This document shows, in pieces, positions 12,937 to 22,669 of a stretch of DNA of 64,000 bases. Under the pieces are notes generated by a model. The model saw nothing but the letters and a program-made list of their open reading frames with translations, had not been told where the DNA came from and searched no databases. A program made the position numbers and the translations under genes. Source of the DNA: Octopus vulgaris (Eukaryota). The stretch is from the NCBI GenBank assembly GCA_951406725.2, contig OX597815.1:90954001-91018000 (forward strand). The letters are read 5' to 3'. Within the stretch, counting starts at the first letter, position 1. Every line of letters starts with the position of its first letter.

Positions 12937-14190
12937 TTTTTATTACTCACAACGGGATATACACAGAAAGGGACAATACAAAACAAGATAAACATAAACT
13001 CGGGGAACTTAAAATACAAAAAGAAGATGAATTAAGACGAAAAAAATTTTAAAAACGAATGAAAATATGAAAAGATATAAATCAGGTGCAATGCCGACTC
13101 GACCCCCGAAGTCGAGTGGTTACATTTCGACAATTTTGTTTTCCTTTTTTCATAAATGAATTTCACAAATATTACATTTGAATTTTTCTTTTTAGTCTCT
13201 CATAATCCATTATGGTAGGTGGGCTTTCATGTAGCCGACACCATTTCACCAGTTTTACGTTCTTTGCGAAGCCCTCCATGAATTTGTCGTAACTCTCCCC
13301 AGGTATCAAAAGACCGCTATCACTTGAGTCAAAAGTGTCTCCCGCCAGCCTCACTCTCACCAGTCCCTTCATTTTCGCGATTCTTCTCTCTGCGTCCGCA
13401 CTTTTTGTATGTTATAAATGCTCACTTAAATTTATACGGTTCATTTTCTGTTTCTTCCTCTTGCATTTTCTTACTTTCAAAATTCTCCTTACCTTTTTGG
13501 TTTTCTTCTGAGTGTTCCCTTGTCTTCGATCTCTTTCTTCTTTTGGGGTTAATAACTCCCTCGCTCACCTCCTTTGATTCTTTCATTTCACTTTTCTTCT
13601 TGTCTTTATCTTTCTGGGTACAGTCCTTGTCTAATTTTTCAGCTTCTGTTTGTACTTTCTCCTGCATTTGCTCTTTTGCTCTTTTTTGTTCTTTTGTTCT
13701 TTTGTTCTTTTTCCGCTGTCTTTTCGCTTTGTGTGAATTCATATAAGATACACTCGGTCATTATGGGTTCTCTCACTCCGCATAGATAGCAATTATGTCT
13801 CTTCCCTCCACTACAACATTTAGCGTTATCTCGTTCTGAACCTCGATCTGGTAGGGGATTCTCTCGATGTCTTCGATTGCGGCGACAAGCCACATTCCGA
13901 CTCCAAACCCCCACCAGTTCAACGTATTTGTTTCACCAACTGGTCCCAGTTCAGGTTCGTCCTCTGTAGACGCCAGTACCGCTGCAACCAACCATTCCGC
14001 TTTTATTTCTGGTGGCACTCTCGAAATCCTAACTCTGACCCTGCTCATATTACAATAGCTTCTGTTACAGGCCAGGGATCTGTGTCCTTATCTCTCAACA
14101 TCTTAAGTATGTTCACTCTCAACTGTTTGTATATCGTACCCTCCCCCACGGAGATGCAGTTTTCGTAAATCTACTAGCTGACTACTTTTC
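12937..14190 (-). mobile_element. ORF1-only (HAL1-like) non-autonomous derivative of the Tx1-like lineage, frameshifted
   Basis: RISRVPPEIKAEWLVAAVL..NWWGFGV..LNVVVEGR..CYLC aligns with ORF1 of the 16.8-kb LINE (KIDLAPPELDMSWLVAAVL..NWLGMGV..LNVAVEGRKPKCFLC). The last ORF1-like piece stops at 13172. About 235 nt later comes the 3' motif TTGTCCCTTTCTGTGTATATCCCGTTGTGAGTAATAAAAA, with no ORF2 between. The 5' boundary is approximate. Confidence 0.7.
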
Positions 14191-14739
14191 TCAAAAAGCA
14201 TCAATCTGTGTAAATTCAAACTATCAAACCGAACAGGAACTCCATTGATATAATCAATTTCAAATTACTACTGTTGCTATCAGTACTTCCTCTCATTATC
14301 TGATTAAATTACATTTTTATCTGTTTTTCTTCACTATTTTCAATTATGGTAAGTGTAGATTTTTCTAGAGTATTCTAATAATAAAAAAAGGAAGGTATGA
14401 CAAATGAAGTGTATATATTTTTATATATAATACTCTAAAACCAACAATAAAAACTTCTGCCGATGTCTGTAACTCAAAAAAGGATTTAGCCCGTTTTTAA
14501 TACATCCGTTAAAAGAAAACAAAAAAAAAACGTCATTCATTTCGTGATACTTTTCTGACATTAATGCAATTTCTGTATAAAGTCTGTCTCCTCAGTAAAA
14601 TACAAAATATTGAAATCTTAAGTTGATTTACAAGAATATAGATAGTAATTATATCTCAGAAACTGCTAAAAACTTCTTGATAGATTATAATTATTATCCG
14701 GTACAATTCAAATATAGGATCTCATAATATTGTCATCTA

Positions 14740-14952
14740 TTGCATGGAGCTGGCAGAAACGTTAGCGCGCCGGGCGAAATGCTTAGCGGTATTTCATCTG
14801 TCTATACTTTCTGAGTTCAAATTCCGCCGAGGTTGACTTTGCCTTTCATCTTTTCGGGGTCGATAAATTAAGTACCAGTTGCGTACTGGGGTCGATCTAA
14901 TCAACTGGCCCCTTCCCCCAAAATTTCGGGCCTTGTTCCTAGAGTAGAAAGG
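14740..14952 (+). mobile_element. SINE family A with 14-bp TSD
   Basis: TSD AATATTGTCATCTA at 14726-14739 and 14953-14966. Confidence 0.9.
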
Positions 14953-16461
14953 AATATTGTCATCTACTGGCTAACTCATTTGCACAACTGCAACTACTAT
15001 TCATTGCCTTCATGTTTATATTTTCCAGAGATGGTAATAGTGGTTTCTAACATAGGCAACAAGTTCACAATGAGAGGTGAGGCATAGTCAGCAATATCGA
15101 CTCGAATTTTTGACTGGTACATATTTTATCAACCTCACGTCGTATGTACTGCAGTGAAATTTGAATTCAGAACATACATGTTAATATACAATCATCAGTA
15201 CAACTCATAATAAAACCATTATCTCTTAAATATTAATACCGTGTGTTCATGAGGAAAGTAAAGGATCTTAATTGAAAAAGCTGTATCAGGACATATAATA
15301 ATGTAAGTAATATTCGATAATTATGCTTTCAGTACTTTGAAAATCGATGCAATATGAACCAACTAGCATACAGCCTTCCCCTACGAAAATTGTTCGTCTC
15401 TAGTCAAAATCGATCTATATTTCTACAGTTTATATTTAACTACTCTCAGAAAGCAATGCAAACTTATAACGTCAAAGAAGGAGCAATGTTCAGAAGTTAT
15501 GACCTGGGTTATTAGATTAAGTGTTTTCTTACAATAATGTCAGACACACACCACTAACAAACAATTGTCAAATGAATGATGTAAAATTTATGCAGCTATC
15601 AGTATGAAAACCGGTTATTAGTATTGCACTTTACGTCTGATAAAACATACGTGCATACGCACGCGCTAACGCACCGACATATACACACATTAAGCGCAAT
15701 ATTCACACACAGCCAATAACATGAAGACCACACAGTCAGTTTTAATTGGCTATAGTTGTTCAAACTAAAACATTTCTGCGCCAGATTACCAAGTTAAAGA
15801 TTAACTGTGTCTTATAAGAGAGAAACAGATAAGTCAGTAAAAGTAGACAAAGAAAGATCTTGCCATTTAAATACCATTATCACATTTCTCTTATAGAGGC
15901 ATTAACTTATCTAATGCACCTTTCGGCTGTCGAAATTGATAAAAAGATTATAAAATGACCGTAAATGTTACGGAACTTAAGTAGAAGCAATTTGAAGAGT
16001 TTAAAATTAAGCACTTCTGACAGTCTCTATGAAACGTAATTGAGTCCATCAGATTAGATAGGGTCATATTCAAAACAGGATTAATGTCGATCCGGTAAGC
16101 ACAAGCAACGGGGAAAAGATATAAATACATTACATATTACATGATACTATCATCATTCTGTCAAGCGAAAATATCAAAGTTGTTCGTTCCCAAAGTTGGT
16201 GTGACTCTATTTTTGAATAATTCTTATTTTAAAGGTTCGAATATAGGGTTACTTCAAAAAGAATCTATACGTTCTTATAATGCAACAAACGTGTTGAAAC
16301 TGCGGCTTTTCATTCAATATAAGTTTTATCTAATATTAGGGGTGTACGTGCTAGATTATCTATTTGAAACAGCGATAATAAAAGTCTTACATTTCTGTGT
16401 CAGGCAGAAGGAATAAATTACCATGATAGGAAGGAATATTTGTCAGATGAATATTGTAATA

Positions 16462-16665
16462 TTCTTTACTACTACAGGCACAAGGCCTGAGATTTGTGGG
16501 GAGAGGGCTAGCCGATTACATAGACCCCCAGTAATTATTTTATCGAGCCTAAATATATGAAGAGCAAAGTTGACCTCAGCGGAACTTGAACTCAGAACGT
16601 AAGACGGACGAAACGTCGCTAAACATTTTTTCCGGCGTGCTACCGAATCTGCCAGCTCACCACGA
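16462..16665 (-). mobile_element. SINE family A, diverged copy
   Basis: Reverse complement of the head (GAGCTGGCAGATTCGGTAGCACGCCGG), core and tail. Confidence 0.8.
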
Positions 16666-16689
16666 AAAATAAGATGCGAATTTTACATT

Positions 16690-16832
16690 GAAAGGCTGAC
16701 TTATCCTTTTATCTTTTCGAGTCGATAAAATAAGTATCCGCCGAGCAATGGGGTTGATATAATCCACTTACCCACACCCCTGAAATTGCTGGCCTTGTAC
16801 CAATATATGAAACCATTATTATTATTATTATT
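16690..16832 (+). mobile_element. SINE family A 3' part, whose (ATT)n tail hosts the Tx1-like LINE
   Basis: GTCGATAAAATAAG..GCTGGCCTTGTACC..AAACC followed by (ATT)6. Confidence 0.8.
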
Positions 16833-17051
16833 CCTTCCGACGCCGATGGACGTACGTGAATCAGCTCCGTGAATTTGACACCAATTTCATTGGAAATCTA
16901 TTGATAGGTTTGAATATTTTTTAATATTTTTGTAGCCAAACCGACCGGCTTCTTGCGGAGCTCGTCGGTTGGGCGAAATTTTGCCCCATTCGGGGTGAAA
17001 TTACTGTCTATCCTTTTGAAATTGACATTTTTTGCACACACACATTACAAA

Positions 17052-18746
17052 ATGGCATTGAAACGAGCTGCTGGCTCTTCCCTCCTTCTTACAACACCCC
17101 CTCCACAAGAACAAAAAAAAATAACGTCACGGGTTACGAACAACCCATTTCAGGCCGTAAAAGGCAACAGAGCTCCTCCTTCCGAACCGGAGAGCACGCG
17201 CTCGGTTCAAAAGGAGGAGGAAGAAAAAACAATTACAAAAATCATCACAAACATTGACACGGAGAAAAAAGAAAAAACTTCCAACAATTTTGCTTCTGCT
17301 GCGAAGCAAATTTCGGAGGAAGTTAAGATAACTCTAGAAGATGTGAAAAGAGCGAAGGAGTTGTTGAGGAAGGATGGCAATGGCATCTTCCTCAATACTC
17401 CACAAGAGGTGATTGAAAGCACCAACAAGAAAACAATAATTTACAAAGTTTTCGACAGAAAACTAAAAAGAATAACAAATGCCACACCCCAACAGTTGGA
17501 GATAGCTCTAAAGCCCATTTGGGCCCAAAAGAGCTACGTAACCAAGGGGAAGCGTTTTGGAACCGTGGAGGTTCGCTTCCCAACAGAGGAGCTTGCAAGG
17601 GCGAACGCCATTTCGCCCTTGCAAACTGAGAATTTGTTACTAGTTCCGACCCACCTCGGGCGAAGAGTAACAAAAATAAAAATCGACCTCGCCCCCCCTG
17701 AGCTAGATATGTCATGGCTGGTGGCAGCTGTCCTCTATGATATAGAGGACACTACCACCATTCTAGATGTCAGGAGAGTGAGGGCGAAAAACTGGTTGGG
17801 GATGGGAGTGCTGCTTCTTGCGCAAATTCAGCAAGACAATATAAGTAAAGTCCCTGATTTCGTAAGTTTGCCGGACGGCACCAGGCTAAACGTTGCTGTG
17901 GAGGGGCGAAAGCCAAAATGTTTTCTCTGCAGCAGCGAAAGCCACTTAAAGAGGGACTGTCCCATTCACAAAAAGAGGATGGAGGCTTTCAGCAAGAGGC
18001 AGCAGCAACAACAACAACAACAACAACAACAACACAAGCAACAACAACAGAAACAACAAAAACAGCAAGAAACACCAAAGGCTGCCACACCACCAACACC
18101 ATCACCAACACCAGCACCAAGACGAACAACACCACCTCCAACAACAACAACCACCACCAAACCAACACCGACAACCACCACCAAACCAACACCGACACCA
18201 GTACCGACAGCAGCGACATCAACAGTAACAGGAGCAGCGGCACCACCGATACCGGCGGAACCAAAAACTTTTCGTCCTGCTACTGAAGCAGACCCCTCAA
18301 CCATTCCTTTGCCGGATGAAGAGATCTCGGATTGTGCGAGCTCTGATTCCAACAAAGGAGAATGGAACATAGTGCCTCTAAAAAAGAAAAGGAGGAAAAA
18401 ACAAAAAGATTTACAGGGGAAGCACGAACAAATAGTACTTCCCAACATCAACAACAACATCAACAACAACACACACTCACAACAACAAACAACAACAACA
18501 ACACTTTCGACACCACTACTGCCACTACCACAGACACAAACAAACACAGACACATTTACAGACACGATTACAGCAGTGAATACAAGAAACCAGGAACTGG
18601 TTGAGTATTTGAAAAACAAAACAAGCACAAACATTACAGATTTCATAATACCTACACACAACACACCACCAGCACACATTCTCACAATAAAAATAAACAA
18701 AACAGTTTACAACGAAATAAAACAAATATTCCCTAAGGATCGTTAG
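17052..18746 (+). CDS. LINE ORF1p (gag-like, zinc knuckle), 564 aa from first ATG
   Basis: Uninterrupted frame (the track starts at TTG 16953; the first ATG is 17052). Contains CFLCSSESHLKRDC (CX2CX4HX4C), poly-Q, a Pro/Thr linker and basic KKKRRKK. Confidence 0.9.
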   Translation: MALKRAAGSSLLLTTPPPQEQKKITSRVTNNPFQAVKGNRAPPSEPESTRSVQKEEEEKTITKIITNIDTEKKEKTSNNFASAAKQISEEVKITLEDVKRAKELLRKDGNGIFLNTPQEVIESTNKKTIIYKVFDRKLKRITNATPQQLEIALKPIWAQKSYVTKGKRFGTVEVRFPTEELARANAISPLQTENLLLVPTHLGRRVTKIKIDLAPPELDMSWLVAAVLYDIEDTTTILDVRRVRAKNWLGMGVLLLAQIQQDNISKVPDFVSLPDGTRLNVAVEGRKPKCFLCSSESHLKRDCPIHKKRMEAFSKRQQQQQQQQQQQHKQQQQKQQKQQETPKAATPPTPSPTPAPRRTTPPPTTTTTTKPTPTTTTKPTPTPVPTAATSTVTGAAAPPIPAEPKTFRPATEADPSTIPLPDEEISDCASSDSNKGEWNIVPLKKKRRKKQKDLQGKHEQIVLPNINNNINNNTHSQQQTTTTTLSTPLLPLPQTQTNTDTFTDTITAVNTRNQELVEYLKNKTSTNITDFIIPTHNTPPAHILTIKINKTVYNEIKQIFPKDR

Positions 18747-18880
18747 GGAAAAGTTTCTCTCAGAAACTTTACAAAAATATTATTGAAGCACCCGTGCAAA
18801 AGCACAAGGGAGCCACCCCCACCACCAACAACAGTAAGTAGAGCCTTTTTTCTCCTTTTTTTCCCCCTAACTTTTGAAAC

Positions 18881-21800
18881 ATGGCAAATCTTAGAACCGG
18901 TTGCTTGAATGTGAGAGGCCTCGGGTCACCTTGGAAACAGGGTCACCTGTTAAACGACCTGAGGTTTCATGATGTGGATGTAGCAGCCATCAGTGAAACC
19001 AGGCTCTCCGACCCGCAGGAACTCGCAGCCCTTTTCGGCGGATACGAGATATTTCTATCTCCGTGTCGGCCGGGAGCGGGCGGTGGTGGTACTGCGGTGT
19101 TGTTTCGGAAGGGCCTGGACCTGAAAATAAGGACAGTCTTCTTGGATCCGGAAGGTAAGTTGGTGGTCCTCGACGTCGACGGTAGTGACGGCGGTGCTTT
19201 CAGACTGCTGGCTGCCTACGCTCCGACAGGAGCAGGGCAGTCGGATTATTTCAAACGTCTGGAAGTTTTCCTGGGAACGTCACGCACTCTAGTACTAGTT
19301 GGGGATTGGAACGCTGTCTTAGACGAACGTTTCGATCGGGTGGGCAGGGGAGCGTCTGATAGGAGAGGGGGAGGGTGCAAGAGCCTCGCCAACCTACTCG
19401 GCCGCTTTCAGCTGTCCGACAGGTTTCGACTAGACAACCCGAATGTGCCAATGTGGACTTGGACAAACCGCATCGGGTCGTCTAGATCGTACTTAGATAG
19501 AGTGTTTTGTAGGCCAGCGGATAAGGACAGCGTAGGGTGTCCACAATTCCACCTAGTCGAATATACGGACCACAAATTAGTGATCTGTACGGTCGACTTA
19601 GATAGGCTACATAGACAGGGACCCGGCTACTGGAAGCTGAACGCGTCGTTAACGGCGTGCAAAGCTTACAGAGACCGGATTAGTTTACTAGTTAAGCGGG
19701 CGCTCACGGGGGCAATCATCAACAACAACTGGTGGTTTGCCCTCAAGAGAGCAATTAGAGTAGAGTCGATTAGGTATAGTAAGACTCTAGCTATTGAACG
19801 TAGGAAGAGAGAGCGGGATTTAGTTAAGAAACTAGACGAGGCTCTTGACACTGGCATCGCGACCGACGTGTTGGCGGCAAGGTTGGCCCTCGACCAACAC
19901 TTCGACGCCAAACACGAAGGCTGCGTTGTCAGAGCTAAGGCACGTTCGCTAAGCGGGGAGGGGACTAGAGCCGCTCGATGGGCCCGCGTGGCGGAGGCGA
20001 AGCGAGGCAACAGAGCAACCATTCGGTCTTTGGTGGACCAGAACGGGCGCGAGGTTACCCAACCGAAGCAGATGTGTACGGTGCTTCAGCGGCACTTTGC
20101 TCAACTGTTTGGGACGAGCGGTGGAACGGACACCAACGGTACAGACTTCGGTGTGTACCTGGACGGACTGCCGCAACTCTCGACAGCGAGGCAGAGTGCT
20201 GCGAAGGACCGATATCTGCCTGGGAAGTACAGGAAGCGATGAAGAGTTGCACGAGAGGTAGATCGCCGGGTTTGGATGGTCTGCCCTACGAGCTTTACTT
20301 TTCAATGCCAGACTTGTTTGCGGACCTGTTGGCAAACGTCTACTGCAACTGGCAGCAAAACGGGAGAATTCCTGCTTTTGTCTGTCGAGGGGTGGTGGCT
20401 TTGCTAAAGAAGGACCCAAACAAGGGGGACGTTATAGGGAATTTCCGGCCCATCACTCTGCTCAATGCAGAGTTGAAGATTTTGGCCAAGGTGCTAGCCA
20501 AGAGATTGGCGCTTGTCGTGGACAAGCTGGTCGGCGAGACGCAGACATGCGCCGTGCCGACCAGGTCGATACACGACAACCTCCATCTCATGCGCTACAT
20601 CATAGAGAGGGTGGGTAACGACGCTGGCGCGGGTGGGGCTTTGATCAACTTGGATCAGAGTAAAGCCTTCGATAGGGTCGACCATCGGTACCTGGCAGCT
20701 GTCCTCAGGGCAGCCGGCTTCGGTCCAGTCTTCCGCGGGTGGATCGCTGCTTTATACAGCAACATCTGCTCGGTGATACGGGTGAACGGTCACCTTTCGG
20801 AACCGTTCGACATCTCGCGTTCGGTCCGCCAAGGATGCCCTCTCTCCTCCCTCTTGTACATTTTGACTCTCGAGCCATTACTGCGCAAGTTGGAGGCTTT
20901 GAGGGGTATCCCGCGCGATCTAGGAGGCGGAAACAGCGTGTCTGCTTATGCCGACGACGTCACCGTGGTGGTGTCGAGCCACAGGCACATTGGCCTGATT
21001 GGCGAGACGCTAAACCAGTACGAAGCGGTGACAGGGGCAAAGATTAACGCGGAAAAGTCTGTGGGCTTGCAACTGGGCACCTGGAGAGGCAAGCCCATGC
21101 CGTCCAACAGCGTCGTAGGGCGCTGGACAGACGGACCCGTTAAACTGCTCGGGGTCTGGTTCGGTCCGGACCTCCAGGTGGATAAGAACTGGGAAGAGGT
21201 GACGAGCAGGGTGGCACGTCTCACCCAGAAATGGGCCGAGAGGAAGCTGTCCCTGAAAGGTCGAGCGGAGGTGGCGAATGCGTACATCGCATCCGTCATC
21301 TATTACCGCTTGACCGTCGTCCCTTGTCCCGACCGCTGGTTGGCCAAGCTGGTACGTCTGCTCTTCGACTTTTTGTGGAAGGGTCAGGTGCCACTGGTCA
21401 GGCGATCCATCTGCTGTCAACGACCGCTGAACGGAGGCCTTGGAATGCCGTGGTTACTGTTGCGCAGACATGCGCTCAGGCTGCGGCATCTCAAGCGCTT
21501 CCTAGACGGTGAACAGGTGTGGTCGTCTTTTGTCAGACGCGATTTTCCGCAGCTCGTCTCTTTGACGGAACTGCAGACCTGGATCAAACGTAGACCGAGA
21601 AAGGGCGCTTGGCACCTCGAGTGCCGTCAAGCCCTCTCCGCCCTCCGCCAGGCGGGCAATGCGGTCGGTTACAGCTCCACTCTAGCGTTCTATAGAGGGT
21701 TAGTGGAGGAAAAATGCGACGACGTTCTCGGGGAAACTCTAGGCGTTGAAGATGACGAACTGTGCGGTCTGTTCGGGAGGACTTTCGGGCCGGGGCCGAT

Positions 21801-22314
21801 GGATAATTTCCAGAGGTCTCTCGCTTGGCAGTGCTACCGAGGGGCTCTGCCTGTTCGAGATAAACTCTACCGGCACGGAAGTGCCGTCAGCCGGGCCTGC
21901 CCGAGGTGTTGCCAGGACGACGAAACCGTCCTGCACGCACTCGTCCAGTGCCCGAGTATTGCTGAAATATGGGTTTATGTCGAACAGCTACTGTCACGTG
22001 TAGGACGGATCCGACTATCGGCCGAATCCATAGTGAAGATTGCCCCGCCGACCTCCTTTAACAAGGAGGGCGAGGCCGTTTTCTTGTGCCTAGTGGCTGT
22101 GGCGAAAGAGGTCGTGTGGTGGACTCGTTTGAAAGGGCTAAAGACAGACACTTTCCTCTTTGGTCAAGGCCTCATCAACTTTTTCAAGTTTCACTTGAAA
22201 AGGAAGATGAGGTTAGAGAGGAAAGTGCTGTCCGATAGCAAGTTTTATGAAAGGTGGGTGAATTGTGCGAGACTGGCCTGTATAAATGGACCAGTTCTCA
22301 GGTTTCGCCTGTGA
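18881..22314 (+). pseudogene. LINE ORF2p (APE endonuclease, reverse transcriptase, CCHC); one -1 frameshift near 20180; ~1144 aa if repaired
   Basis: APE motifs LNVRGL, ISET, AYAP, GDWN, YLDRVF, TDH and GPGYWKLN. RT motifs SPGLDGLP, NFRPITLLN, DQSKAFD, RQGCPLS and YADD. C-terminal CPRC..ETVLHALVQC. The frames join as LPQLS/DSEAECCEGPI. Confidence 0.92.
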
Positions 22315-22595
22315 TTTCAAAGAAAAAGGTAATGTAAAAGGAGAAGAAAGGGGACTCTCTACACCCCCTTTTTTTGACCAGGCTCCCGTTGGCTTTTGTA
22401 GGGTTTTTTCCACCAGGAACCTTTCGAGACGTCTCCCCCTTTTGGGAGTTTTTCATTGTTGAATTTTATAAGTTGTTATAAAGATTTTTACTCGATGTTT
22501 TTAAAAAACGGCAAAACCCTTTGTAACCTTTCGTCCTGTCTTGTCCCTTTATGTAATCATGCGTGTCAGCCCTTGTGGCCAATAAAAAAGAATTG

Positions 22596-22654
<59 letters not shown>

Positions 22655-22669
22655 GATTATTATTATTAT
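22596..22669. repeat. (ATT)n microsatellite between the Tx1 3' end and the R4/Dong fragment
   Basis: Read directly from the sequence. Confidence 0.97.

Larger units (their letters stand above)
16833..22595 (+). mobile_element. Apparently full-length Tx1/L1-clade non-LTR retrotransposon (~5.76 kb) inserted in (ATT)n
   Basis: 5' UTR, ORF1, 134-bp spacer, APE-RT-CCHC ORF2, and a ~280-bp 3' UTR ending AATAAAAAAGAATTG. ATT repeats flank both ends. Confidence 0.93.

Noticed and set aside
18834-18893. GTAAGT, pyrimidine tract and CTAAC in the LINE inter-ORF spacer as a mini-intron
   Set aside because: The signal order is atypical, and splicing would remove the ORF2 ATG without fusing it to ORF1.
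17966-21936. Antisense and alternate-frame ORFs within the Tx1 LINE (e.g. 244 aa at 17966-18700)
   Set aside because: They are shadows of A/C-skewed or GC-rich coding sequence and carry no motifs.
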